A stretch of 64,000 nucleotides of DNA from Octopus vulgaris (GCA_951406725.2 OX597835.1:27094001-27158000); one strand, 5' to 3'. Numbered from the stretch's first letter, positions 13,146 to 26,920 are shown. Notes: generated by a model from the letters alone, not told the origin. A program made the numbers and translations.

Positions 13146-13304
13146 GCGTATATTAACATTCGAATAAATGTCTCTCTCTCACTCTCTCCATATATATATA
13201 TATATATATATATATATGGAGAAAGTGAGAGAGAGACATTTATGCGAATGCTAATATACGCGTATATATATACCTATATATATTCTATGTATATTAATAT
13301 CTAT
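13069..13304. repeat. Long palindrome centred on (TA)n
   Basis: 13141-13190 and 13217-13266 are reverse complements with about three mismatches; weaker symmetry extends outward. Confidence 0.9.
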
Positions 13305-13381
13305 GAACCAGCGTGTATATCTTTTTATCTCTCTATCTGTTTATCTGCGTCTATCAATCTATCTGTGTGCGTGTGTGTATG

Positions 13382-13420
<39 letters not shown>

Positions 13421-13807
13421 GTATGCATGTGTGTGTGTGTGTGTATGTGGGTGTATACGTATGCTCGTTATTCGAAAGCGAGCCACACCACGACCAGCCG
13501 CCGATGGCTGGCTGGCTGCGGTGGTGGCGGTGATCGTATCAGGTTTAATGTGCAATAATGTATTGTAATATTTTTTCGGCTTTTTCTTTATGCTAGATTC
13601 TCTCTTATTGGTCCAACATTTATTGGTGTGGCGTGTATGCGTGTGTATGTGTGTCTGTCTGTTTGCGTCCTGGCATGTATGAGTTTGTGCGCAGGCATCT
13701 ATGAGTGTGTGTGTGTGTGAGTGTTTTAATGCGATTTTTTCCTTTTTATTGCTTTTTTATGTTTATTGTTATTGGATTGCACGTATTGCTTCGTTACATT
13801 TCCACAG

Positions 13808-13837
13808 AACATACGGCAGTGTTGAGTGGCAGGAAAA
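13808..13837 (+). CDS. Candidate 30-nt microexon
   Basis: Acceptor ATTTCCACAG, donor AA|GTATTT, phase 2-2; continues the 3597-3691 exon as Q-TYGSVEWQE. Confidence 0.45.
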
Positions 13838-14081
13838 GTATTTAGTCTATACCATTATTATTGCTGTTGTTGTTGTTGATGTCGTCGTCGTTGTTGTTAT
13901 TGTCGTCGTCAAAAATGGCGACGAACCGGCAGAATGGTTACCGCGAAGAACAAAACACTTTCCCGCTCAAATGTGCTGGCCTTGTGCCTTGTGTCCCTCA
14001 AATATGCTAGCCTTGAGACAAAATAAAGACAATTAATATTGTTGTTGTTGTTGTTGTTGTTGTTGTTTTTGTTATTATTAC

Positions 14082-14168
<87 letters not shown>

Positions 14169-14189
14169 TATTATTATTATTATTATTGT

Positions 14190-14331
14190 TATATCCTTTA
14201 ATGTGGTAGTATTTCCCCTTGATTGATGTTAACCCCACATGTTAGTTGTTTTTGTAATGTTTTTGTTGTACTGTAATTCGTCCTTCGATATTTTCCTCCA
14301 TGTCTTGGGCCCCTGCGGCCAATAAAAGAAA

Positions 14332-14335
<4 letters not shown>
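14190..14335 (+). mobile_element. Short Tx1-like 3' UTR copy within (ATT)n
   Basis: Ends GGGCCCCTGCGGCCAATAAAAGAAAT+(ATT)n; near-copy at 14725-14870. Confidence 0.6.
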
Positions 14336-14396
<61 letters not shown>

Positions 14397-14398
<2 letters not shown>

Positions 14399-14607
14399 GG
14401 TGGCCAGCTGGCAAAATTGCTTGCACGCCGGGTAAAATGCTTAGCAACATTTCGTCCGTCCTTACGTTCTGAGTTCAAATTCCACCGAGGTCGACATTGC
14501 TTTTCATCTATTCAGGATCGATAAATTAAGTACCAGTAAAACACTGGGGTCGGTGTAATCTTCTAGACCACCCCCAAACTTTCAGGCCTTTAGCCTCCAG
14601 TACAAAT
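14397..14607 (+). mobile_element. SINE type M (tail 2) flanked by (ATT)n
   Basis: Head, Meta-like core and tail 2 all visible. Confidence 0.8.
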
Positions 14608-14660
14608 TATTATTATTATTATTATTATTATTATTGTTGTTGTTGTTGTTGTTGTTATTA

Positions 14661-14691
<31 letters not shown>

Positions 14692-14724
14692 TTATTTATT
14701 TATGTCTATTATATATCCTTTTTT

Positions 14725-14870
14725 TATATCCTTTAATATGGTAGTATCTCCCCTTGATAGCTGTTAACCCCCACATGTTTTATGTTTTTGTAATTTTTGT
14801 GTGCTGTAATTTGTCCTTCGATATTGTCCTGCATGTCTTGGGCCCGTGTGGCAAATAAAAGAAATTATTA
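14725..14870 (+). mobile_element. Second short Tx1-like 3' UTR copy ending in (ATT)n
   Basis: Closely similar to 14190-14335. Confidence 0.6.
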
Positions 14871-14877
14871 TTATTAT

Positions 14878-15980
14878 CGATTTCTGGACGGTGAGCGGTA
14901 TGTGGGTTCCATTTGTGAGGCTCGTCTTCCCGCAGCTCGTCTCCTTGACGGAGCTGCAGTCCTAGATGAAGAAAATACCGAGACTGGGCGCCTAGCACCT
15001 CGACCGTCGTCGGGCGCTCACAGCCCTCTATCAGTCGAGCGATGGGATCAGTGGATGTTCCGCTTTAGAAATTTATAGAGAGGATTAGTGGCGGGGGGAT
15101 TGCGACGACGTTCTCGGGGATACTCTGTGCGCCAACAAGAACGAACTGGCTAGTCTGTTCCGGAGGACCTTCCAGTCGGGAACTATCATAGATAATTTCC
15201 AGATGTCCTTAGCCTGGAAGTACTACCGGGGGCGCTACCGGTTCAAGATAAACTCTACAGGCACGGACGTGCTGTCAGACGGCTTTATCCCGAAGTGCGC
15301 CCAGAGTGACGAAACCGTTCTGCATGCCCTCGTTCAGTGTCCGGGCATTGCTGACTTGTGGGGTTATATCGTACAGATACCGTCACCTGTGGGACGGATC
15401 CGTCAGCCGGCTGAGTTTGTAGTGATTATCTCCCCACCACTCGCCTTCAATTGGGCAAACAAGGCAATTTTTCTTTGCCTGGTGGGTGTGGCGAAAGAGG
15501 TTGTTTGGTGGACAAGGCTGAAAAGCATGAGGACAGACGCATTCCTCTTTGGTAAAGCTCTCATTGACTTCTTCAAGTTTCACTTGAAAAGGAAATTGAG
15601 AATGGAGTACTGTCCTCGACTGAGGTTATTGAAAGGTGGGTGAAAGTTGCGAAAATGACAAGAGTGGATGGTACCTTGCTAAGTATAGACCTGTGAGTCG
15701 GAGAGAAGGAATTGGAGACTGCACTTGCTCTTGGGGTTCCGGGGAAATCTCGTACCGTGGGGTTCCTCGATTATCCCTGAAGACCTTCCTGTATCAAGGG
15801 GACCACATCTCTATCATCCTCGCCGCCACTTTTTAAAGACTTTTCTATGCATATGTTCCTTCTTTTTCAGTGTATACCGTGTATGCTTACTTTCATTCTA
15901 TTATATGTAAATCCCCCACACTTTATGTCTGTCTGTGTATTGCGTCCCCTTATGCTTCGCCCTTGTGGCAAATAAATGAA

Positions 15981-15982
<2 letters not shown>
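14878..15982 (+). pseudogene. Tx1/L1-group LINE, 5'-truncated and decayed (ORF2 C-terminal zinc-binding region + 3' UTR)
   Basis: ORF 15203-15643 SLAW...CAQSDETVLHALVQCP...LW, homologous to 63393-63914; ends GCCCTTGTGGCAAATAAATGAA+(ATT)n. Confidence 0.85.
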
Positions 15983-16018
<36 letters not shown>

Positions 16019-16046
16019 CATTATTATTATTATTATTATTATTATA

Positions 16047-16544
<498 letters not shown>

Positions 16545-16639
16545 TATTATTATTGTTATTATTATTATTATTATCATCATCCTCATCATCATCATCATCA
16601 TCCTTATTATTATTATTATCATTATTATTATTATTATTA

Positions 16640-16689
<50 letters not shown>

Positions 16690-16691
16690 TA

Positions 16692-17290
16692 TGGTTTCCT
16701 TTCGTTACAACTTTATTTCAACTGACTTAGGACCGGGCATCCTCCGGAGGCCAAGAGTAGCAAGGGCACTTTTGTTTTGCTATGCATGCTAAAATTATCA
16801 GTGCACTTATTCCATTTTAGATGGAGAGTGCTTTCCGAAGTATATCGGCTGTACCCATCAAGGTTATCTATTGTAGTTCACGGAGACTGTAATTACCAGT
16901 GAGTCGCTCAAAATACTTTTCAGCTCCCTTCTTTATCATTCCCAACGCCCCAATTACTACTGGTATTATCGTAGTACTAAGTTTCCACATTTTTGTGATT
17001 TCAATTTGCAGATCTTTACTGTGAGAAAGCTTTTCGTATTCCTTTCTTGAGACAGTCTGATCTTGTGGGACAGACATATCTATTAACAGACAAGTTCCTC
17101 TGTTGTGGTCCTTGATCACAATGTCTGGTCGATTTGGAGTCAGTTTTTCTGTCTGTTTGTATTAGGAAGTGACAAAGGATGGTGACGCCATTTACCACAT
17201 CCTCTGGATGGTACCTGTACCATGTATCATGGGATTTAATTTTGTAGTGTTTACAAGCATTCCAGTGGATGTACTGCCCCAGGCTCTCAT
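16692..17290 (-). pseudogene. R4/Dong-like restriction-like endonuclease fragment
   Basis: Frameshifted RPDIVIKD...CLLIDMSVPQD...EYEKLS..KDLQIEITKMW...IPVVIGALG. Confidence 0.85.
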
Positions 17291-17312
17291 ATTATTATTA
17301 TTATTATTATTA

Positions 17313-17820
17313 TTGAGTGAGCGAGCAGAGCATGCCATCAAAGTGACACTGGGGTAAAATATACGAAGCCCAGTATACCCATCATGACTACCCGTCTGAT
17401 AAGGGTACACCAGGCACATGCATCACAACCATATGTGCGCGACATGGTGATCTCATATCAAGATAAACAGCACATGACCTTCAGATCGAGTAACCCATCC
17501 CGCTCAAAAGGTCCCTGAATAAGGGTTGTTTAAGGACGTTGAATGAAACACCCATGTTTCCAAAGGTGAATTATCCAAACCCCAAAGAATCCCTCTCAAC
17601 ACATGGCTATGATGCTCCCCCACTTACTTCTGCTCGTGATCAGAGATGCACATATCGTCAGCCACTAAGGGACATGCTCAACTGGTTAAGGTCAAACAAC
17701 TGACAAGCAAATCTGTGGTATTGAGCAGAATATTTGCTGTAGCCCATCTTTTATACCAAGACAAAACAATGTACATGATAATACTTCCAATCAGTTAAGA
17801 TCAGAAGCCATGAGAGCCAC
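17313..17820 (-). mobile_element. Repeat D, longest copy, flanked by (TAA)n
   Basis: Matches 7091-7230, 7465-7845 and 22613-22910. Confidence 0.8.
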
Positions 17821-17884
<64 letters not shown>

Positions 17885-17885
<1 letters not shown>

Positions 17886-18222
17886 TCTTTTACTTTATAT
17901 TTGTACAAGTTGGCTCCAAGTCTCACCCAGAGACCTCAAGAGACAACAGGCTGGAAGTTCGTATTGTTGTTATGCCTAGTGTGCCATATATTTGGTTTTG
18001 TATTTAGTGTTGTACTAGTGAATGTCTAAAAAAAAAAACGAAAGTTATGTTTGTTTTAAAACTTGAGGTTACATAGAAAGTATTTTGCGTAGGATATGAG
18101 CAGTTCCCATGAGCACTATCTCTTGAATTTCTGCCATTTTGGGGTTTTCTGGTATCTGAGTTAGGTAGCGATCAGCCCCTTTTGCTATCATTCCCAAAGC
18201 ACCTATGACAACAGGTATTGCT
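17885..18222 (-). pseudogene. R4/Dong-like 3' fragment flanked by (TAA)n
   Basis: Near-copy of 16047-16390. Confidence 0.8.
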
Positions 18223-18243
18223 TTATTATTATTATTATTATTA

Positions 18244-18295
<52 letters not shown>

Positions 18296-18306
18296 CATTA
18301 TTATTA

Positions 18307-19312
18307 TTACCTCCGCCTTAGCGAAGGTGGAGGTATTGCTTTCAGTCGCGTTTGTTTGTTTGTCCATGGACAAGATATCTCAAGAACCGCTGGATGGATT
18401 CCGATGAAACTTTCAGGGTTGTGTGGCCTCGTGACTGGCACGAACTGATTGGATTTGGGGACTGATCCCGTACCACACAAGGATTCTGAATTATTTGTTA
18501 TATTTACTTTACATGAAGTATTACGATCTTACGGACTTTCAAGTCTTTCTCTGATTATCTCCCTTGAAAGTACGCTCATGGTTTCCAAGTAAATTATGGT
18601 GGCACTGCTGTTTGCGAAGTTTTGTTTTCGTTTCTCTATGATTAATTTTACACGCGTCTCTATCTTAGTAGAAACTGATGGATGAAGAAGTCAAACTACA
18701 TAGACAAGCGGCAGCAAAACCGTTCAGAAATTAAATAACACTAACATATTCAGTAACAATAATAAATCTAATTTATCCTTGACAATTTTTAGTTTTACCA
18801 ATTTTGAATATATCGCTCGTGTTTAAAACCTCTTACTTACTTTGACAATTGCATTTCTAGCTCTGACATGAAGGAATCTTTACTTCTTGAACTCACGTTT
18901 TTGTGCGCAACGATCTTGTTAAACCTCCGTTAACAGCACCGTATGCAGATCCTTTCCGCTTTCACGAACAGATAGATTTTTCACTATATACATTAATGGT
19001 CGTAAAGACACTACGTAGAGAAAACTGTCCCTGTTCCCATTGCAGACGATACACACACAGCATTACAAACACGGCCCTCACATTCCATGACTACCATTGG
19101 GATCAATCAGGTACCGGACGAGGATTCTGGATTATGTTTCCGGTTTTTTATTTAATTTTTGATAGAAGTCGGGTTCATTTTTAGTGTTCTCGTTTGTAAG
19201 AGCGGTTGAGTTTATTTCAGATATTCTCATTTTTAAAATCATCACCGGCTAATCGTTGAGAGGACGTTGGCGTTGCCTTGGCGGAGGATTGCGCTATCTG
19301 AATGCTTTTGTT
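18307..19312 (+). mobile_element. Helentron-associated non-autonomous element (HINE/DINE-1-like)
   Basis: 5' subTIR CCTCCGCC with partner GGTGGAGG, (TTTG)n, core GATATCTCAAGAACCGCTGGATGGATT, 3' subTIR CCTTGGCGGAGG plus degenerate terminal hairpin; inserted in (TTA)n. Confidence 0.8.
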
Positions 19313-19316
19313 ATCA

Positions 19317-19396
<80 letters not shown>

Positions 19397-19426
19397 TTCT
19401 TCTTCTAATTCTTCTTCTTCCTCCTC

Positions 19427-19482
<56 letters not shown>

Positions 19483-19512
19483 TTCTTCTTCTAATTCTTC
19501 TTCTTCCTCCTC

Positions 19513-19585
<73 letters not shown>

Positions 19586-20185
19586 CATAACGACTTTAAT
19601 GTAATTTACTAAAGCACCCACACCGCACCTCACCTCACCTTCCACAACAACCCCATACCCCAGATATTTTTTTAATAAGGGGTGAGGCTGAAATGAGCAG
19701 AGGGCAGGGGGAGGGGGTACGGCTCTTGCTGGCATCATTCTTCCGCTATCCCTTGTCTCACTGTAACATAAACCAATTTCCTACTTGCCCCCTACTCCCA
19801 CCTATATCCCAACAAAAAACCCCTTCTACACAAGCACCACATCTACCACAAACCCGCTTCCACCCCATTGCTACCCCACTGCCACCCCTACTCCTACCTA
19901 CCTCGCAAGTCTGACGACTTACAGGGCACTCCCCACTACCCCATCCATTACTTTCATTTGCTTAATTCGCCTCTTTCTTTTCCTTTTCTTTCTTTCTTTA
20001 TACACCCTTCTCACCCTGTATATATAAGTATACACATTTATGTGTGTGTGTATGTGTGTGAGAGTGTGTGTCTGTGTATATATATATACGCACACAAATA
20101 TATGCTCACACATATACAAACACACATATGTATATCTATATTCATATACCCAGGACACACACACACACACACACACACACAGATG

Positions 20186-20248
<63 letters not shown>

Positions 20249-20270
20249 CTATGCAACTATATCTGTCTAA

Positions 20271-20338
<68 letters not shown>

Positions 20339-20419
20339 ATGTATGTATGTATATGTATGTATGTATATGTATGTATGTATGTATATGTATGTATGTATAT
20401 GTATGTATGTATATGTATG

Positions 20420-20451
<32 letters not shown>

Positions 20452-20873
20452 TGTATGTATGTATGTATGTATATTTGAACGTCTATGAGAATTCATAGTT
20501 TCGAAGAGTGAAGGTGATGATTTTTTTAATTATTTTTTTTTAAAAACTGTTATAAAATCTTTTATCAGGATGTTACTAATCTTGTGCGGAAAGAAGGTTT
20601 TTTCCTAGTGTGTGACCGCTTTCCATTACACATACACATTACACACATATATATACACGTACTAATGCAAGCGAAAATACATATGCTTATATATATATAT
20701 ACTTAAAGATATCATATACGTAAAGATATCTCATAAATATAGACTAGCATTTCTTTACAGTCTCTTCAACAAACCTTCCCTATTTTCCCCCCTATCCATC
20801 CACACCTTGACCCAGGCTCCATCTAATTAGCCATACTTCTACCTATGTATCTGTCTTCCTGTCTGCCTGTCTT

Positions 20874-20954
<81 letters not shown>

Positions 20955-21006
20955 TTACATATCTGTCTATTATCTTTCTATATATATATTTATCTATCTA
21001 TCTATG

Positions 21007-21053
<47 letters not shown>

Positions 21054-21099
21054 ATATCTATCTATCTATCTATATATCTATCTATCTATCTATTATCTA

Positions 21100-21142
<43 letters not shown>

Positions 21143-21518
21143 TTATTTATTTATTTATTTATATATCTATCTTTCTATCTATGTGTCTGTTAATCTGTCT
21201 ATTTATCTGCCTATCTTTATCTGCCTATCTATATGCATATGTGTGTGCGCGTGTGTTTGTGTGTATGTGTAATTATTTGTGTCCGTGTGTGTGTGTGTGT
21301 ATTTTCGTGTGTCAATGCATATACTAAAAACATACATTTGTATATATGTATGTATATATGTACATCTGCCTGTCTGTCCATCCGTCTTTCTGTCTGTCTT
21401 CCTATTCATCCCTTCATCCATACATCTCAACATCTGTCTCGTCTGCCTCCTTCTTACACGTTCGGTGTATATGTGTGTTTACGCATGTATGCACGTGCGT
21501 GAGTGTGTATATGTATGC

Positions 21519-21578
<60 letters not shown>

Positions 21579-21739
21579 ATACGTGGACTATTTGGCATAT
21601 GTCACTCTGTTTTCTAAGTGCTCGTCTGTGCGTGAAATATATGCACGCGTCTTCAGCTTTATGCTGGTATCTTGATACAACTTAAGTCGTGGGTATGGGT
21701 GGATGGATGGATGGATGCATGTATGTATGTACATATATG

Positions 21740-21799
<60 letters not shown>

Positions 21800-21801
<2 letters not shown>

Positions 21802-22204
21802 GTGCAGGAGTGGCTGTGTGTGTAAGTAGCTTGCTAACCAACCACATGCTTCCGGGTTCAGCCCCACTGCGTGGCATCTTGGGCAAGTGCCTCCCCGGGC
21901 CAACTAATGCCTTGTGAGTGGATTTGGTGGACGGAAACTGAAAAGAAGCCCGTCGTATATATGTATATATATGTATGTGTGTGTGTGTACTTGAGTGTCT
22001 GTGTTTGTCCCCGTAGCATTGCTTGACAACCGATGCTGGTGTGTTTACGTCCCCGTCACCTAGCCGTTCGGCAAAAGACACCGATAGAATAAGTACTGGG
22101 CTTACAAAAGAATAAGTCCCGGGGTCGAGTTGCTCGATTAAATGCTGTGCTCTAGCATGGTGCAGTCAAATGACTGAAACAAGTAAAAGAGTAATAGGTA
22201 AAGA

Positions 22205-22205
<1 letters not shown>
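21800..22205 (+). mobile_element. SINE type A, full length
   Basis: Head after (TA)n, internal microsatellite, AAAAGAGT tail. Confidence 0.9.
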
Positions 22206-22243
<38 letters not shown>

Positions 22244-22254
22244 ATGTATCTATC

Positions 22255-22520
22255 TCTTACTCTTTTACTCTTATGTTTGCTTCTGTCATTTGTGTGCGGG
22301 CATGCTGGAGCACCGCCTTCAGTCGAACAAATCGACCCCAGGACTTATTTCCTTATAAAAGTAGTACTTACTTTATCGGTCTCTCTTGCCGAACCGCTAA
22401 CTTACGGGGACGTAAACACACCAGCATCGATTGATAAGCGATTGTAGGGTGACAAACATAGACGCAAATATATATATATATGACAGGCTTCTTTCAGTTT
22501 CCGTCTACCAAATCCTCTCA
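22255..22520 (-). mobile_element. SINE type A, 5'-truncated, tail-to-tail with the previous copy
   Basis: Reverse match to the body and tail. Confidence 0.8.
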
Positions 22521-22521
22521 C

Positions 22522-22585
<64 letters not shown>

Positions 22586-22612
22586 CATTATTATTATCAT
22601 TATTGATAATAA

Positions 22613-22910
22613 TGCCGTCAAAGGGACACTAGGGTACAATTATACGAAGCCCAGTATACGCATCATGATAAGCGTACACCAGGCACATGCATCACAACCA
22701 TATGTGCGCGACATGGTGATCTCATATCAAGATTAACAGCGCATGACCTTGCAGGTGGGGCCCAGTTCGAATTTTCTTCAGGTCGAGTAGCCCAATCGCG
22801 CTCAAAAGGTCCTTGAATAAGGGTTGTTTAAGGATCATGTTTCAAAAGGTGAATTATCCAAACCCCAAAGAATTCCTCTCAACATATGGCTATGATGCTC
22901 CCTCTCCACT
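22613..22910 (-). mobile_element. Repeat D copy flanked by (TAA)n
   Basis: Matches 17335-17625. Confidence 0.8.
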
Positions 22911-22918
22911 TATTATTA

Positions 22919-22979
<61 letters not shown>

Positions 22980-22983
22980 CATC

Positions 22984-23051
<68 letters not shown>

Positions 23052-23057
23052 TATTAT

Positions 23058-24665
23058 TACTTCTCAGACTTCTCGGTCTTACTTGCTCTGGTTGATTGTG
23101 AAAGAGCGGACAGCAACTTGTTGCCTGATATCTCACAAGGTCTCTTTCCGCAAATTATAAACTTTGGTACCTGGATGTTAACTTATCGTGGGAGACACTC
23201 AAAACACAAGCACCAATGTTAAAATCCTTGTTGTCCCCTAATAGAGTAGAGCTTTGAACCTGCTCTACCTTCATGTCAGTTCCAATTTCTCAAACATATT
23301 TCTTGAACCTGGTTGTTAGTGCTCCGAGTGCCACCATAACTACAACAGTTACTCTCCTAATTGCCCACATTCTTGAAATTTCGTCTTTTAATAATCTGTA
23401 TTTTCCCATCTTTTCCAGATCTTTGTCGTCTATTCGTGAATCTCCATGTATTGCAATATCCATGATTTTCGTTTCCTTATATCTTTTCATACAATGTCTG
23501 GTCTCCGAGCCTCGAGTGGATTGTAAAATTCCACAGGATCTTATATTCATTGTTATCAGTGATACCTTCTCGTTCATGTTTGTACCATTTTCGTGCTGTG
23601 CCCAGATCTTACTCTCCACACAGTCTCCTGTGAACAAACTTAGCCACGTTATCGTACCTCCTTTTCTAGTGCTTTTGGGCCAACTTGATACTCTCACTCA
23701 CAATAAGTAAGATTGTTTCGTTTCTGCTGCCTTACATCCGACAAAGACGCGACTCACTGTTCTTATCTATTTGGAACTTGGTGTAATTAGTTCTCAGAGT
23801 TTGTTTCTGAGCGCTGCATATCAGTGCTTCAATGCCATCTTCAGGTGTTGATCTTGTCTCTCTCTTCGATTTCTCTGAGGTATTGCCCATGCATTCTTTT
23901 TTTCATCTTCCAATTATTTATTCTTTATTCTTCATCTTGTTTCTTAAATACTTTTTGGGGTGCGTCATGTTTTTGATAGGTATCGTGTTATTATTCCTAA
24001 CAGCGGCAAACAAGGATTCACTCTGCTATTTGATGTACCATTCCAGGCTGTTCTTCTCATTGGTAACACAGATCTTGCATCCTATGAGGCCTCTTCGTCC
24101 CTGGTTCCTAGGCACATACATTCTGTCTATATCGCTTTTTGGATGCAGTTTCTTGTTAATTGTCATCACCTCCCTGGTTTTTCTATCCATTTCCTCATGC
24201 TCGTTCTTTGTCCATCTAACAACACCTGTGCCGTATTGCATTAAGGAAGCAGCCCAGGTGTCTATTGCCCTGATCTTGTTCTTTTCATTGAGTCTACTTC
24301 CTATAATTAACTTGGTTCTGAGATATTCTCACCTAAAGCTTTCTTTCATTTCACTTTCCTTGATTTTGTCATATTCCAAAATACCCAAATATTTGTCTCA
24401 ATCCGTGTCAGCATCCTTGATTTTCTCACCGTTATCAGCATCTTTGATTTTCTCCATCATCAGACGATAGTACTTTGCCTTTTTGTATTATAAGCATGCC
24501 ACACTTTTTAGCCCCAAATTCCATCCCAAAATCCTTACGATTTATTTCATTTTCGGTCTTCCCGAAGATCTTTAAGTCATTCATATATAATAGATGGTTA
24601 TATTTTCCTCCACTTTCCAAGATGTCCGTAATATCTGTGTGAGGGGTATCATTCAAATCACAAAC
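23058..24665 (-). pseudogene. R4/Dong-like non-LTR retrotransposon, RT C-terminal half to endonuclease, decayed
   Basis: NHLLYMNDLKIF, FGMEFGAKKC, HPKSDIDRMYVPRNQGRRGLIG, IMDIAIHGD...KYRLLKDEISRMW...VMVALGA; bounded by (TAA)/(TGA) arrays. Confidence 0.9.
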
Positions 24666-24684
24666 ATTATTATTATTATTATTA

Positions 24685-24766
<82 letters not shown>

Positions 24767-24998
24767 CATCATCATCATCATTATTATTGTTGTTGTTGTT
24801 GTTATCCGACTGTTTGCATTTTATTTCATCTTCCGACAGGGTCTCAACCAGATATCTAAGAGATACGGGGATGGTTTTGGTTTTTAATTACCTCATCTTA
24901 GATATCTCAATCTCAAGGTCTTTATATTTCGACAGTTTTTTTCAAATTCCTTTGCTGAGATGTTTCTATCAGTAGGCATTGTCATATATATATATATA

Positions 24999-25096
<98 letters not shown>

Positions 25097-25189
25097 AACC
25101 CTGGTACTTATCGCTCCCTTTTGCCCAACCGCTAAGCTACAGGGATATAAACACACCAATGCAAGTTGTCAAGCGGGGGTAAGCGATAA

Positions 25190-25250
<61 letters not shown>

Positions 25251-25680
25251 TATATATATGTGTGTGTACATATATATATATATATACACACACATACATA
25301 CCATTCACGTGCCGCCTAGGTAGGCAAGACAGGCAGCGCCTACCTTGAATAAAATAGATCGATAGCAACATTTTCCTTTTATGGCCAAATAATTCAATAA
25401 AATCATGAAGGTTTCTCTGATTACTATGCATAAAATGCAAAATATTTTATTTTCTTATATATAATTCGTACCTGCTTTCCAATCGCAGTATTAAAGCTCG
25501 CATAGAACTGCTGTGGTACACTTGCTGCGCACATTCCTACAACACCGTTTTCTTTACGTGCTACAAAGGCAGAAGTAAATCTGCCTACAACTCAGTCGCA
25601 CGCCTATGTTTCGCTTATTCTTTTGTGTGTTTTACAACATACAGGTCACCACCTGCCTACTCTGAGTAATTACTGACAGT

Positions 25681-26069
25681 GGATGGAAGCACTCCGTCGG
25701 TTACGACGATGAGGGTTCCGGTTGATCCGAATCAACGGAACAGCCAGCTCGTGAAATTAACGTGTAAGTGGCCGAGCACTCCACAGACACGTGCACCCTT
25801 AACGTAGTTCTCGGGGATATTCAGCGTGACACAGAGAGTGACAAGGCCGGCCCCTTGAAATACAGGTACAACAGAAACAGGAAGTAAGAGTGAGAGAAAG
25901 TTGTGGTGAAAGAGTACAGCAGGGATCACCACCATCCCCTGCCGGAGCCTCGTGGAGCTTTTAGGTGTTTTCGCTCAATAAACACTCACAACGCCCGGTC
26001 TGGGAATCGAAACCGCGATTCTATGACCGCGAGTCCGCTGCCCTAACCACTTGGCCATTGTGCCCCCAC
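25681..26069 (-). mobile_element. SINE type C (tRNA-like head), full length with TSD
   Basis: Sense head TGGCCAAGTGGTTAGGGCAGCGGACTCGCGG..GGTTTCGATTCCC; AATTACTGA(C/T)AGT at 25668-25680 and 26070-26082. Confidence 0.9.
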
Positions 26070-26479
26070 AATTACTGATAGTATACGCCTGATATATGAC
26101 AGCCCTTTCAGTTTCTATCTACCAAGTCCTGAATACTTTGGTCGGTAAAATCATGTGCCCAATGTGCCAGAAAGTGGGACCGAATCCGGAACGATGTGGT
26201 TGGGAAGCAAGCTTCTAACCACATACCCACGCATTACATTTTTGATTTCTTAAATTTGATTTAATTTTAAATCAGGACCAATCAAATTTAAGCAGGATAC
26301 ATGTAACATGCGTCTGTCCACTTTTCAAATGTTCCTCATAAAAATGTAAAGTCTATATGGAAACCGGACTTGCTATACTTCGGCTTGTATATAGTTACGG
26401 TGATGTTCTTGCATAGCAAGTGATTTGATCTGAGATCGTCTGCTGAAGCGAAAACAATTGCAGCGTGGAAGGTGTTTGT

Positions 26480-26680
26480 AAGCCATTTAAGAAACACACA
26501 AAAGCCGTTCGATTCACATTTAAGCTTAACTTGTCAAAATATTTTCGTCGCTTTAAGACCGCGACCTGTTCACTGACAAAATTCCGTGCTGCATCTCTTA
26601 AAGCGACGAAAATATTTTGACAAGTTAAACTTAAATGTTGAAGTGAATCGAACGGCTTTTGTGTGTTTCTTAAATGACTT
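26480..26680. repeat. ~80-bp inverted repeat with 37-nt spacer
   Basis: 26480-26558 vs 26596-26680, few mismatches and one short indel. Confidence 0.9.
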
Positions 26681-26687
26681 GTATATA

Positions 26688-26920
26688 TATTTTTTTACTG
26701 CCCACAAGGGGCTAAACATAGAGGGGACAAACAAGGACAGACAAAGGGATTAAGTCGATTATATCGACCCCAGTGCGTAACAGGTACTTTATTTATCGAC
26801 CCCGAAAGGATAAAAGGCAAAGTCGACCTCGGCGGAATTTGAACGCAGAACGTAACGGCAGACGAAATACGGCTACGCATTTCGCCCGGCGTGCTAACGT
26901 TTCTGCCAGCTCACCGCCTT
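26688..26920 (-). mobile_element. SINE type M (tail 1), full length with 16-bp TSD
   Basis: AAATGACTTGTATATA at 26672-26687 and 26922-26937. Confidence 0.9.

Noticed and set aside
20495-20572. Further hammerhead-like hints here and near 1515-1570 and 40435-40475
   Set aside because: Core boxes and stems too degenerate to distinguish from chance
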